A stretch of DNA of 64,000 nt, taken from positions 1 to 64,000 of IMG/VR virus record IMGVR_UViG_3300001782_000005. The stretch is one strand, 5' to 3'. This document shows positions 27,368 to 36,615 of the stretch, in pieces; positions within the stretch are counted from its first letter, which is position 1, and each line of letters starts with the position of its first letter. The notes under the pieces are model-generated. The model was given only the letters and a program-made list of their open reading frames with translations, had not been told where the DNA came from and did not search any database. Position numbers and translations under genes: made by a program.

Positions 27368-28279
27368 ATGGTGTACAAAGATCGCTTCGTTGCCGTTGTC
27401 AAATGTAACGGTAAAGTCTTGAGAGAAAAAGACGATACTGTTACCCTACCATTTGGTTCAGAGTATTCCCTTCTATTGAAAAACCTTGAGTCAAGAAAAG
27501 CAGTCGTGAATGTTTCGATTGACGGTCAGGACGTAGTCGATGGATCTCTAATTCTTGATCCAAATTCGGAAGTAGAACTCGAAGGTTTTTTAAAGGGATA
27601 TCAAGTCAAGAATAAATTTAAGTTTATTCAGAAGACTGAAGAAATAACCAAACATCGTGGTGATAGAATTGATGACGGAGTTATCAGAATTGAGTACAGG
27701 TTTGAAAAGAAGATTGAAGAGGAGATAGTCTATAGGAGAAGATATAGACGGTGTTATCCACCCTATATTCCCTATTGGACGTGGACCTGTTCTAGGTGTG
27801 GTTGTTACCCTTGTTGTTGCCCTCCGTATTATTATTATGAATGTGGTTCATTTAGTAATAAGACGGATGATTCGTCTGTACAGTATACATTCACTAATTC
27901 AAATGGAGAAGTTGAAACGGGTACAATTGCACAGTCTAATGATGTTCAGGTGATGAATTGTGCTTTCTCTGATGGTCAATCAGGAACACCTAGATCGACT
28001 AGCCACTCAACGATCTTACATGAAAATTCTAAACCTGCTGAAGATGAGGGTATTACTGTTCCTGGGTCACATTCAGGTCAAAGGTTTAGTCAGGGACATT
28101 TCAGAGAACTAGAAAACAATTCTCACGTTATCACAATAAAACTAAGAGGAGTCAAATCTAATATGACTCCTGTTAAGAAACCTGTGACAACCAAAAGTAA
28201 GGTTAGTTGTCCAACTTGTGGAACCAAATCAAAGTCTAGTGCTGATTTCTGCTCTAAGTGTGGAACAGCTCTATTCTAA
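27368..28279 (+). CDS. Conserved large-phage hypothetical protein with Cys/Tyr/Pro-rich middle and C-terminal double zinc ribbon
   Basis: NGKVLRE...LPFGSEYSLLLKNL...VSIDG motif recognised from large-phage hypothetical proteins; CPTCG...FCSKCG C-terminus; SD AAGGAGGT. Confidence 0.75.
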   Translation: MVYKDRFVAVVKCNGKVLREKDDTVTLPFGSEYSLLLKNLESRKAVVNVSIDGQDVVDGSLILDPNSEVELEGFLKGYQVKNKFKFIQKTEEITKHRGDRIDDGVIRIEYRFEKKIEEEIVYRRRYRRCYPPYIPYWTWTCSRCGCYPCCCPPYYYYECGSFSNKTDDSSVQYTFTNSNGEVETGTIAQSNDVQVMNCAFSDGQSGTPRSTSHSTILHENSKPAEDEGITVPGSHSGQRFSQGHFRELENNSHVITIKLRGVKSNMTPVKKPVTTKSKVSCPTCGTKSKSSADFCSKCGTALF

Positions 28280-28287
28280 TTAAACTG

Positions 28288-28303
28288 GTAATGAGCGACT
28301 ACT
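28288..28303 (+). repeat. Right arm of the 16-bp inverted repeat
   Basis: GTAATGAGCGACTACT. Confidence 0.85.
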
Positions 28304-28360
28304 TAATTTGCATTTATATTAGAACAAATTAAAAACAATCTCAGTAAAGAGGATTTGGAC

Positions 28361-29023
28361 ATGAGCAAAATAGAGACAATTCACGTCGAAGTAAAAGACG
28401 AATACGGAGAACACTGTTTCGGTGATGGAGTACAAGAGAAAGATACAATTCTCCGAAAACCCAAAGGTAGAGTCGATATTTTTGAAGAAAAGGATGGAGA
28501 AAGAAAGAAAATCTATTCAAGTGATAATCTTGTAGTTTATCTTGGGCGTGAATATGTAGCTGTGAGAGTTTTCAATGTTGATAACCCAAGCATAGTACCA
28601 GTTAAAGAGGATTTTATTGGATGGTTAGGTCTGGGCGATGGAGGAGTTACTCCAGGCGATCCGTTAGATCCGATTTTGCCGACTAATTATGATACCGATA
28701 TGGCTAGTGAAGTTCCAATAAGTGCAACTGATACTAGCTATGGAGATTTTCGTGGTGGTTTTTATTACAAGCACCCAATTGATACAGTTGTTTTTTACCA
28801 GGATGACGCAAATGACGATCAGTGGTTAATAGGACAAGTTACAACGACAATTGGAACCGCAGACGCCAATGGAGAATTATTGAGTGAGGCAGGTCTCTAT
28901 GTAGCCCCAAGCAAATCTGGAGGCGAATCGGGTCCATTTAGCTTATTTGCGAGAGTTACATTTCCAACAATTGTAAAAGATTCTACTCGTCAGCTAGTTA
29001 TTGTGTGGTATATCTATTTCTAG
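28361..29023 (+). CDS. Tail-collar/fibre or baseplate-associated structural protein
   Basis: NLVVYLGR, IGWLGLGDGG, SEAGLY, LFARVTFPTIVK...IVWYIYF pattern; directly upstream of the sheath. ATG 28361 has the better SD spacing than TTG 28355. Confidence 0.6.
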   Translation: MSKIETIHVEVKDEYGEHCFGDGVQEKDTILRKPKGRVDIFEEKDGERKKIYSSDNLVVYLGREYVAVRVFNVDNPSIVPVKEDFIGWLGLGDGGVTPGDPLDPILPTNYDTDMASEVPISATDTSYGDFRGGFYYKHPIDTVVFYQDDANDDQWLIGQVTTTIGTADANGELLSEAGLYVAPSKSGGESGPFSLFARVTFPTIVKDSTRQLVIVWYIYF

Positions 29024-29123
29024 AGAAGAAGACAAAAAAAGGGATTAAAAAAATATACACCTAGAGAAAGGAAGATTTCTATTAGAGCGTGCTAATTAGA
29101 GAGACAACTAGGAGGAATTTCAT

Positions 29124-31106
29124 ATGGCAAATATCTCTCCAGGTGTATATACTAAGATCATTGACCTGTCAACATACGTACAGGCGGTACCTGGAACAAT
29201 TGGTTTCTTCTGTGCGTTGACAGAGAAGGGTGAGGACAATAAATTCAAATTTATTGGTTCTCGTAGTGAATTAGTTGGTGAGTATGGCGAACCAAATATC
29301 GAAACGTATGGACAAAGTTATGGTCAAGGTCTATACTGTGCTTACAATTACCTAGGCGAATCTGGAGCAATGTACTTCATCCGAGCACTTCCGGATGATG
29401 CCACATTCGCAAACTTAAGAATTGATGCTGTTTATGCAGATGTAGATGCAACAGCTTCAGTCCAAATCACCTACAATGATTCACTTAACTCGAAAGCAGA
29501 AATCACTTCTAACCTAGAACCATCTGGTGATACCTATCCCCTTTGCTTTATCTATCCAATAGGGAGAGGTCAATGGTATAATAACATTGGCATCAGATTG
29601 GTCGAACACTCAAATCCGCTATTCAATGATGTTTATGTGCTAGATATTTATGAGAAACAATCAGATGGTGACGATGTTATTATAGAGTCTTTTGAGATAT
29701 CTTTTAGACCAGATGCATTGGACGATGCAGGAACTTCAATGTTTATTGTTGACGTTCTTGAAACTTATTCAACCCTCCTAAGAGCAAGTATGATGAGGGC
29801 CAATGGTGAATGGTCTGAGGGTTACAATATTCTCTCAAGACGTTATGATAAAGAAATTGGTACAGTATCCGTAGTTGAGACACCAGGATCTGCAACAATC
29901 ACTGATAACAAGCAAGACTTTAGCGATTGGCAAAATGCTGCAGAAACTGGAAATTCAACCTATATGGTTGTTGCAAAGGATGCTAGAGGTAATGTGCTTT
30001 ATGGTTGGTTGGGTGCTTCTGGTGGTTCTGAAAACGACACAGTCAATGTATTTGATTCTCGTAACCTCACGGGTGCAAGTCAGTCTTGGGTTGGTGACGT
30101 CTCAGTATTTGACGATGGCGTAGGCATCACTTATGAGATCAAACAGTCAAATACAAGTGTCGCAACTGCATTTACTTCAGCTGAACCTGTTCCATTGAAA
30201 TATGGTTCAGAGGGCGCTTTGCTAGATGCAACTGGGGATCTTGTCACAACAGAGGCAACTCTGCTATTAGCCCAAGCATATGCAGGAAATCTGACAAGTG
30301 CAATAGACGGTTCAAGTCTTGTCGATGAGGTTTTGGATACAGAGAATTTTTATATGAGCGCTGTATTTGACTGTGGTTATCCAACTGAAGTTAAACAGCA
30401 AATCTCATCTCTTGTCCAGACGAGGCGTGACTGTGTTGCTCTATTAGACAACGGAGACAATGCAACATTCAATGCTGCCATTTCACAGAGGCAGGATGTA
30501 CATACATTCAATACTTACTTTGTCGCGTTGTATGAGTCATATAACAAGGTCTACGACATATTTACTGGTAGGGATGTATGGTTCTCCCCAGTATTCCATA
30601 TTTCCTATCTATTGCCAAGAAATGATTCTGTAGCAGAAGTCTGGTTTGCTGTTGCAGGTTTCAATCGTGCGGCAATTGATGATATTAAGGAACTCCGCTT
30701 CAATCCGAAGTTGGGTCAGAGAGACCAAATGTATCTCAAACAACTAAACCCAATTGTGAAATTCAATCCGGGTTATGTTGTGTGGGGTCAGTTAACGAGT
30801 CAGGCAAAGGCAAGTGCTCTGCAAGATCTGAATATTGTACGCCTTGTTCTCTATATCAAGAGAGCTCTAGAGGAGTATTGCAGATACTTCATCTTTGAGC
30901 AGAATGATCAACTGACCTGGAGTCAAGTGTCAGGTGATATTGTTCTGTTCCTAGAGGATATTAAGAGGCGAAGAGGTCTGTATAATTTCAGTGTTGAAGT
31001 TGGTGCAACAGATTATGAGAGGAAGAGAAAGACCTTCCACGTCAATGTTATCCTTGAACCAACAAGGGTTGTTGAGAAGATCGAACTCAACTTCTTCATC
31101 GTCTAA
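29124..31106 (+). CDS. Contractile tail sheath protein
   Basis: SPGVYTKIIDLS N-terminus; WFAVAGFNR, NPIVKF, VVWGQLT, ALQDLNIVRLVLYIKRAL, FIFEQND, LEPTRVVEKIELNF C-terminus. Confidence 0.95.
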   Translation: MANISPGVYTKIIDLSTYVQAVPGTIGFFCALTEKGEDNKFKFIGSRSELVGEYGEPNIETYGQSYGQGLYCAYNYLGESGAMYFIRALPDDATFANLRIDAVYADVDATASVQITYNDSLNSKAEITSNLEPSGDTYPLCFIYPIGRGQWYNNIGIRLVEHSNPLFNDVYVLDIYEKQSDGDDVIIESFEISFRPDALDDAGTSMFIVDVLETYSTLLRASMMRANGEWSEGYNILSRRYDKEIGTVSVVETPGSATITDNKQDFSDWQNAAETGNSTYMVVAKDARGNVLYGWLGASGGSENDTVNVFDSRNLTGASQSWVGDVSVFDDGVGITYEIKQSNTSVATAFTSAEPVPLKYGSEGALLDATGDLVTTEATLLLAQAYAGNLTSAIDGSSLVDEVLDTENFYMSAVFDCGYPTEVKQQISSLVQTRRDCVALLDNGDNATFNAAISQRQDVHTFNTYFVALYESYNKVYDIFTGRDVWFSPVFHISYLLPRNDSVAEVWFAVAGFNRAAIDDIKELRFNPKLGQRDQMYLKQLNPIVKFNPGYVVWGQLTSQAKASALQDLNIVRLVLYIKRALEEYCRYFIFEQNDQLTWSQVSGDIVLFLEDIKRRRGLYNFSVEVGATDYERKRKTFHVNVILEPTRVVEKIELNFFIV

Positions 31107-31128
31107 AACCAAAAAAAATAGTAACAAA

Positions 31129-31165
31129 AATAACCCTCCGGGTAAATCTCGGGGGGTTATTTTTT
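31129..31165. terminator. Bidirectional terminator between convergent operons
   Basis: AATAACCCTCCG / CGGGGGGTTATT stem with flanking A and T tracts. Confidence 0.85.
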
Positions 31166-31176
31166 CGACTTTCATC

Positions 31177-31623
31177 TTAAAGGAGAAGATTCTCTTTCCT
31201 GAGTAAGATATAAGTATTTACAGGTTTCTCCCTTATCCATTTATCAATCGTAGTTTCAAAGGCATCACTACTTTTAGTTTGGACATTCCAAGGTAAAACA
31301 TAGTTTGCACCAAATCCTCCTGCTCCTGTTTTTATAGCATCGAGGACCTCATCGAGTCTACACTCCTGCGTGGCCACTATTTCCATTGAACCTAATACGA
31401 TATAATCAGCTGGGCGAGGAAGTTCTTTCTGACTTCCGATAACTGTAACCTTTGCATCCTCTACAGGTTCATAGTCTTGGGTTGTGGCCTTGAAACGCTT
31501 GACTATAATCCTGCACTGTATCTTTTCCTCAGGGGGAAGATTCGTTTGGTAGTTCTGTCCAGCATTTGTGGTTTTGCAGGATAGAATTACCAAACCTATT
31601 ATTATGATTAAAAGTTTCTTCAT
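31177..31623 (-). CDS. Predicted lipoprotein
   Basis: MKKLLIIIIGLVILSC: basic N-terminus, hydrophobic core, lipobox Cys. Confidence 0.65.
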   Translation of the reverse strand: MKKLLIIIIGLVILSCKTTNAGQNYQTNLPPEEKIQCRIIVKRFKATTQDYEPVEDAKVTVIGSQKELPRPADYIVLGSMEIVATQECRLDEVLDAIKTGAGGFGANYVLPWNVQTKSSDAFETTIDKWIREKPVNTYILLRKENLLL

Positions 31624-31626
31624 TCT

Positions 31627-32181
31627 CTACTCCTCTCTCGTTTTCTGATCCTCCTCCAATTTATACCACGGAACTCGTAGTACATTGTGTAGAGCAATTG
31701 TGCTGTAAATTGCATATTCTAAGTCACCATTACCGCCTGCATCATCTATCGTCTTAAAATCATTATATTTAGAGTTATGCATGACGGGATAAAACCAAGT
31801 ACCAATTGCTGCTGTACCAACATATCCCTTGGTGAAATAGGAATATCTTGTTGCCTCAAAACTGGTTAGAGCAAGGCCAACACTGTGTTGAAGGACAAAC
31901 CCTCCACGTGCAAACCATCTCAAATCACTATCGCTATCGTGGTCATCTACGTGTTCAGCTCTATAACCGTTTTCGAAGTGCCAATCAACACCCCAAATCT
32001 CTCCTGCTAACCAGTGACCAGCAGTGTGTACTCCTATACTTGTTACAATTCCAGCACCGACGTATGCCCAATCTTTCGGTTTTGCCTCTGTGACTATATC
32101 CATATCAATTCCGAAGAAATAGAACTTCGTTCCTCCACAACCACAGAGTAATAACAGAAGAACAAGCATAATTTTCTTCAT
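31627..32181 (-). CDS. Predicted lipoprotein / membrane protein
   Basis: MKKIMLVLLLLLCGC signal followed by several hydrophobic helices. Confidence 0.6.
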   Translation of the reverse strand: MKKIMLVLLLLLCGCGGTKFYFFGIDMDIVTEAKPKDWAYVGAGIVTSIGVHTAGHWLAGEIWGVDWHFENGYRAEHVDDHDSDSDLRWFARGGFVLQHSVGLALTSFEATRYSYFTKGYVGTAAIGTWFYPVMHNSKYNDFKTIDDAGGNGDLEYAIYSTIALHNVLRVPWYKLEEDQKTREE

Positions 32182-32207
32182 CCAATATTCACTCCTTTGA
32201 AGATAAA

Positions 32208-32244
32208 AATAACCCTCCGGAGAATCTTAACGGGGGTTATTTTT
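32208..32244. terminator. Terminator; sequence paralog of 31129-31165
   Basis: AATAACCCTCCG...CGGGGGTTATTTT. Confidence 0.75.
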
Positions 32245-32255
32245 GGATGAGGTTT

Positions 32256-32435
32256 CTACTTGATGACGGGATCGAAAGGATCGCCCATATCTTCTATGAT
32301 TATGATGGCATCCATATCCAATTTCTCAAGTTCTTCTTCAGTTGCCTTGAGACCTTCGATAGGATCATCCTTTCTCTTCTTGTACTTGTCTGCCGCCATT
32401 GCCCCTTCTCTGATAATTCTCTCGTAATAATTCAT
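32256..32435 (-). CDS. Small acidic protein (59 aa; absent from the ORF track)
   Basis: MNYYERIIREGAMAADKYKKRKDDPIEGLKATEEELEKLDMDAIIIIEDMGDPFDPVIK; AGGAGG upstream; fills the gap between the PilZ gene and the terminator. Confidence 0.6.
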   Translation of the reverse strand: MNYYERIIREGAMAADKYKKRKDDPIEGLKATEEELEKLDMDAIIIIEDMGDPFDPVIK

Positions 32436-32449
32436 GAGGTAACATCCTC

Positions 32450-32815
32450 CTATGGTGTTACTGCTATTTTCCTGATCAGAGTTCTGACTCTAGACTTGTC
32501 CTTTGGATCTAAGGACACAAATTTGATCCCGAACCCGTAGCGGTTAGTCCAGACAACCTTTCCATAAACCAGTATTGGTGAATCATTTGGCAGATCAATA
32601 CATAAATTAGTGAAGACGCCAACTGGCATACTCACATTCCCTGCGGAGATGAATACACCACCAACACTAATGTTTCTGGTTTTTCCGTGTCTGAATTGAC
32701 CATTTAGGTCTGTAAACCTAACGGGTAGTGCTACCTCAACCCTTACTGATCTCCTCTTTGAAACATACAACTTGGCTGTTTGATTCTCTTTTGTTAGTAA
32801 TTCTTCCACGGTCAA
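32450..32815 (-). CDS. PilZ domain protein
   Basis: RRSVR (RxxxR) and NISVGG (D/NxSxxG) motifs, GKVVW, GFGIKF; TTG start. Confidence 0.9.
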   Translation of the reverse strand: MTVEELLTKENQTAKLYVSKRRSVRVEVALPVRFTDLNGQFRHGKTRNISVGGVFISAGNVSMPVGVFTNLCIDLPNDSPILVYGKVVWTNRYGFGIKFVSLDPKDKSRVRTLIRKIAVTP

Positions 32816-33267
32816 CTCCTTCCTGACCCTAGACTTTCGTTTACGAATTTGAAAAGGAGCTTTATGTGATCCTGACTTAAGTTTTCAAATTCGACTGCAA
32901 AACCAGCCTCCTCTCGTCCGGCAACTTCATTAGAGCGGACAACTCGTGCACCAATCATTCCAATATCCGCTCTGAACGGACTAATTACTCGAACTGTCAG
33001 AGCGATCTTTGTACCAACTGGTGGGGGGTCAGAATCCAAAATATATGCTCCACCCACACTGAGGTCTCTAGTGAGTGCACAGGCATGAGTTGCCTTATGG
33101 GTATAAACCAGGGGAAGACTAGCTCTAACCCTCACCTTGAGTCGCTTGAGGACTTCAGTCTGACCTGCGTCGACTACTTGACACTCCATTAAACTTGTTG
33201 CTAACTCCATTTCCTTCGTATCAAGAAACTTCCTTAGCTCCTGTTCTGTGGTAATTTCAATCGCCAT
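32812..33267 (-). CDS. PilZ domain protein
   Basis: RLKVR, DLSVGG, ARVVRS, GFAVEF. Confidence 0.85.
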   Translation of the reverse strand: MAIEITTEQELRKFLDTKEMELATSLMECQVVDAGQTEVLKRLKVRVRASLPLVYTHKATHACALTRDLSVGGAYILDSDPPPVGTKIALTVRVISPFRADIGMIGARVVRSNEVAGREEAGFAVEFENLSQDHIKLLFKFVNESLGSGRS

Positions 33268-33310
33268 GTAAATAACCTCCTTTCATTTAAAATCAAAAAC
33301 TATTATCCAG

Positions 33311-33326
33311 TAATTAATATATATAG
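33311..33326. promoter_or_regulatory. TAATTAATATATATAG motif (copy 1 of 3) at a divergent junction
   Basis: Also at about 43810-43823 and, reverse-complemented, at 59491-59506. Confidence 0.55.
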
Positions 33327-33408
33327 AGAATGATTTTTAACTGATCTGTTCTCATATCTAGAACATATATAAAATAGAGACACAGAACCAAAAAAAGGAG
33401 TTAGAAAA

Positions 33409-33630
33409 ATGCTGATTAATTATGACGCGAAATGTCAAGAAGTGAAGGCGAAGTTTGACGAATTTTTGGAAGCTGCTGAAAAGGGGAGAGAAGGGCATGG
33501 AAGTAAAACGCATGCCCTGAAAGCAAGGAAGTTAAGTACAGAGATAGCGATGTTATTGAAAGATTTCCGTGCTATCTCAATTGCCAATGATAAGGCAAAA
33601 CCAGTTAAGAAAAGAAATCCTCAAGCCTAA
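33409..33630 (+). CDS. Histone H1-like Hc1-family small basic protein
   Basis: FDEFLEAAEKG...HALKARKLSTEIAMLLKDFRAIS resembles the bacterial Hc1-type helical pattern; basic tail; SD AAGGAG. Confidence 0.55.
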   Translation: MLINYDAKCQEVKAKFDEFLEAAEKGREGHGSKTHALKARKLSTEIAMLLKDFRAISIANDKAKPVKKRNPQA

Positions 33631-33665
33631 AACAGGCTGTCCGTTCACTCTCCTTCCACCCTTGG

Positions 33666-33706
33666 CCCCACTCAGGATTATTAGTCCTGAGTGGGGTTAT
33701 TTTTTT
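33666..33706 (+). terminator. Rho-independent terminator
   Basis: 12-bp perfect stem CCCCACTCAGGA/TCCTGAGTGGGG followed by a T tract. Confidence 0.9.
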
Positions 33707-33804
33707 ATTCACTATCTACACCTTTATACCTTGTTGGATTGCTCATCCAGTCTACAATTTCATCTGTCAGAATCCTATCTTGAGTTGGTTCTTCTTGTAG
33801 AGAT

Positions 33805-33999
33805 CTAACTGAACTTTGTGGGGTTTCCAAGTGATTTCTGAATAGATGAAAAAGATCTTCCTAGCAAATTAGGAATGTCAAATAACGTCTTGATCTCTTG
33901 AGTTTCTCTACTTTCTATTTTATTTTCTTCTGTTGAAGAACTACAAGAATATACTGCAACTATAGAAAGTAAAAGAATACTAATTATTATCCTCTTCAT
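33805..33999 (-). CDS. Short lipoprotein, possibly truncated
   Basis: MKRIIISILLLSIVAVYSC lipoprotein signal; FDIPNLLGRS...LGNP, then an early stop. Confidence 0.5.
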   Translation of the reverse strand: MKRIIISILLLSIVAVYSCSSSTEENKIESRETQEIKTLFDIPNLLGRSFSSIQKSLGNPTKFS

Positions 34000-34423
34000 T
34001 TTTCCACCTCCCCCACTCCTGTGGATTCGTAGTATCTGGCAAACAAAGATATCTACTGCTTGTAAACCATTGATCTTTCACAGAAGTGTTTATAGCACAG
34101 CATTTTTCAGGTGAGATTTGAGGTTTATCCTCATCTTCTTCAATGGCTTCAGATATCATTTTGTATTTCTTTCTCCACAATTTAACTTTAGCCTCATCAC
34201 ATGATTTAAGAGATGGATAAACCTCAATTAATCTGTATACTTGACTAGATTCTTTTTCAATATAGTCAATACTTTCATACCTCACCCACAAAACCCAATA
34301 GACCTCTTCGTCCTCGATGACTTCACTTTCTCTGGTTAATACCAATACCATTACAGCTGTCATTACTAGAAGAGCGGATAAAACTAGAAGAGAAAGTATA
34401 GTTGTAATTTTCCTTGCTGTCAC
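33980..34423 (-). CDS. Membrane-anchored hypothetical protein
   Basis: N-terminal transmembrane helix, Cys-containing soluble domain. Confidence 0.55.
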   Translation of the reverse strand: MTARKITTILSLLVLSALLVMTAVMVLVLTRESEVIEDEEVYWVLWVRYESIDYIEKESSQVYRLIEVYPSLKSCDEAKVKLWRKKYKMISEAIEEDEDKPQISPEKCCAINTSVKDQWFTSSRYLCLPDTTNPQEWGRWKNEEDNN

Positions 34424-35199
34424 TTCTTGCCACCTCTCTCTTTCATAATTTTCAAATTGTTTTCTCGTACTTGTCTTATAATCTCCCTCTCTTTCTTTAA
34501 ATTCTCTTCTGCCTTTTTATAGTCAAAAGGTCTTTTCTTGAGAGCATAGGGAGCAGAACTCTTAGTTTCCCACAAATAGTCATATCTCTTCCAATACTCA
34601 ATGAATTTTATCCACTCATCATCACACCAACTAGGAGTCCACCCCGATGACCTACAAGTGAAAACGATCTCGAATTTTCTAGGGTAAATCATTGTTGGAA
34701 TTTCATAGAATACTTGATGGACAAAATTCGGTTCGCCATCCTCTGGACTCTCTCTTCTCCAAGGAGGGTAGATAACTGTATAACCAAATAATCTTTTATT
34801 CTCACGTAAGTGACGAACCCAATTATCACAGTTCAATTTTTCCATATCATAACCAGCATCGTGGTGCTGATCAAAATTCCATATTGAAAATTTCACACTA
34901 GATTCGAAAAAGTTTTCAAGAACCATCAAGATATCTTTATGAGATTCTGCAATGCAAAGGTGCATTGATGGTTCTAAGGGGCACGCTCTTTGCCAAAAAT
35001 TCTTCAAGAGTTTCTGATCTGGTTTGACAATATCTTTTGCCTCTTCTCCAGTTTTCATATGAACGTTGCCATATCTAAGAGGCCAAAGATACTCTAAGAA
35101 GACCATACTCTCTTCTTTTTGACTCCAGTCAAACCAGTATACATCAGGAAAAAAGTAATCCCAGTCAACTGAAAGAACCCTCGCTACGGTTTCGTGCAT
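34420..35199 (-). CDS. UPF0489 / arginase-deacetylase-like metal-binding protein
   Basis: LSVDWDYFF, ESHKDI, WNFDQHHDAGY, CDNWV, CRSSGWTP motifs. Confidence 0.6.
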   Translation of the reverse strand: MHETVARVLSVDWDYFFPDVYWFDWSQKEESMVFLEYLWPLRYGNVHMKTGEEAKDIVKPDQKLLKNFWQRACPLEPSMHLCIAESHKDILMVLENFFESSVKFSIWNFDQHHDAGYDMEKLNCDNWVRHLRENKRLFGYTVIYPPWRRESPEDGEPNFVHQVFYEIPTMIYPRKFEIVFTCRSSGWTPSWCDDEWIKFIEYWKRYDYLWETKSSAPYALKKRPFDYKKAEENLKKEREIIRQVRENNLKIMKERGGKK

Positions 35200-35390
35200 A
35201 ATTTAGTAATCTCCTTTAGTACTAGTTTAAAGGTTATAAAAGAATTAATAAGGATAAATCCGCCAAATACTAATGGAAACCAAATCTTTAATGTTTTCCC
35301 TCCTGCGATAGAGATCCCTAGACACAGGAGGAAAAACATTAAAGGGATTAATACTGATATTAATAAAAAGCATTTAAGTCTTTCACTCAT
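35184..35390 (-). CDS. Small two-TM membrane protein (68 aa)
   Basis: MSERLKCFLLISVLIPL... with SD GGAGG. The longer track ORF would overlap the upstream gene. Confidence 0.55.
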   Translation of the reverse strand: MSERLKCFLLISVLIPLMFFLLCLGISIAGGKTLKIWFPLVFGGFILINSFITFKLVLKEITKLCTKP

Positions 35391-35401
35391 TTGCCCCTCC
35401 G

Positions 35402-35803
35402 TTAAAGTTTTACAATTATATATGGCATACCGCCAGGCAGTATATTCCACATATCTCTTGGTAAAGTGTAGGAGACTAAATCTATTGCCATACCAAGACA
35501 GAATAATTGGTCCATTGTCATATGGAGACCAGTCCACTGCTCTCCATCTTTGGTCATACAAGCATTTAAGAAGGTCCACCCGCCTCCTCCTGATTTCTTA
35601 AATTCATCAGGCAATTGGTTAAGCATCTCAGTAATTTCTTTTCGATGACCTTCGATTCGATCTTTATTAAATCCAAAGCGGTTTAGAATACCTTCTACTT
35701 CAATCATTCCATCAAGATCTTTAGGCATTCCATGAATTGTAAGTTCACTCTGTTTGTACAGGCAATCTTTGAAAATAAATTCAACTCTCCCAGCATCAAT
35801 CAT
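35402..35803 (-). CDS. Conserved phage hypothetical protein
   Basis: GGGWTFLNAC...GEQWTGLH...MDQLFCLG...PGGMPY motif recognised from phage hypothetical proteins. Confidence 0.7.
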   Translation of the reverse strand: MIDAGRVEFIFKDCLYKQSELTIHGMPKDLDGMIEVEGILNRFGFNKDRIEGHRKEITEMLNQLPDEFKKSGGGGWTFLNACMTKDGEQWTGLHMTMDQLFCLGMAIDLVSYTLPRDMWNILPGGMPYIIVKL

Positions 35804-36015
35804 TTGCCTTTCTCCTCTTTAAATCTTGGGTCATTGGCTATCTGTCTTCCTGCGATATCCATGAAGTCTGCCATACCACAATATGGACATTGGGGAATTT
35901 TTTCACCCGGATCAACTCCTTGAATATACATATTATCTGGAAGAACAGTGTTATGCTTCGCTGGATCGTACTCCTTTTTACACTTATAACACTCAGTTAG
36001 ATTTGACACCATCAA
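35800..36015 (-). CDS. Small zinc-finger protein
   Basis: CYKC...CPYCG; overlapping start/stop coupling. Confidence 0.55.
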   Translation of the reverse strand: MMVSNLTECYKCKKEYDPAKHNTVLPDNMYIQGVDPGEKIPQCPYCGMADFMDIAGRQIANDPRFKEEKGK

Positions 36016-36280
36016 CCTCCATCCTTGTAATTGTTAGTATGATTTTTGGAGCATCCTCTGGTTTTTCGTCTATCACTTCTCGAATCACTTTGAGGATTAC
36101 CTCAATCTCGGAACTATACTTCTTATCCAAGAAAGATTCTGGACAGACATCACATTTAAATGATTCGTACCCCTCAAAAACCTGTTCATGACCTTTATAG
36201 GTAAAGTTTATAGGATCAATGGTTAACAATAATCTTCCTTTAAGACACACTGGGCATAACATACCGTGTTTATATTCCAT
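35993..36280 (-). CDS. YgiT-type zinc-finger (MqsA N-terminal-like) protein
   Basis: CPVCLKG...FTYKGH...FKCDVCPESFLD. Confidence 0.75.
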   Translation of the reverse strand: MEYKHGMLCPVCLKGRLLLTIDPINFTYKGHEQVFEGYESFKCDVCPESFLDKKYSSEIEVILKVIREVIDEKPEDAPKIILTITRMEVDGVKSN

Positions 36281-36282
36281 AT

Positions 36283-36615
36283 CTACCTCAATGATTCGTG
36301 AAAACGAATATGAAATTTAGGACTATCAAATCCACTTCTAAGACAATAGTCAAAAACTTCTCCAGCAGGGTCATAGTTTTCATCTCCAAAGATAAGATTG
36401 TGTCTTCCCTTACTTAGCGGGAATCCATAACTTTTATTCAGAGAATCAATTATTTGCTGTTGTGAGTGTCTAAAATCATAATATATCATCTGGGCAGGCA
36501 AATCGCCCATCCATAAGTGTTTTACAAATTCATCTGCTGTCAAGATATCAACGTAGACATCAATCATATAAGACGTTGATGAACTATTTGTTACGAAATC
36601 TGCTTTTGCTTTCAT
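36283..36615 (-). CDS. FVTNSSS-motif protein (paralog 1)
   Basis: N-terminus MKAKADFVTNSSSTSYMI. Confidence 0.75.
   Translation of the reverse strand: MKAKADFVTNSSSTSYMIDVYVDILTADEFVKHLWMGDLPAQMIYYDFRHSQQQIIDSLNKSYGFPLSKGRHNLIFGDENYDPAGEVFDYCLRSGFDSPKFHIRFHESLR

Noticed and set aside
33708-33833. Possible 41-codon ORF or frameshifted continuation of the short lipoprotein
   Set aside because: No SD, no slippery site and no recognisable motif.
35390-35579. N-terminal extension of track ORF 35184-35579
   Set aside because: It overlaps the conserved 35402-35803 gene; an SD supports ATG 35390.
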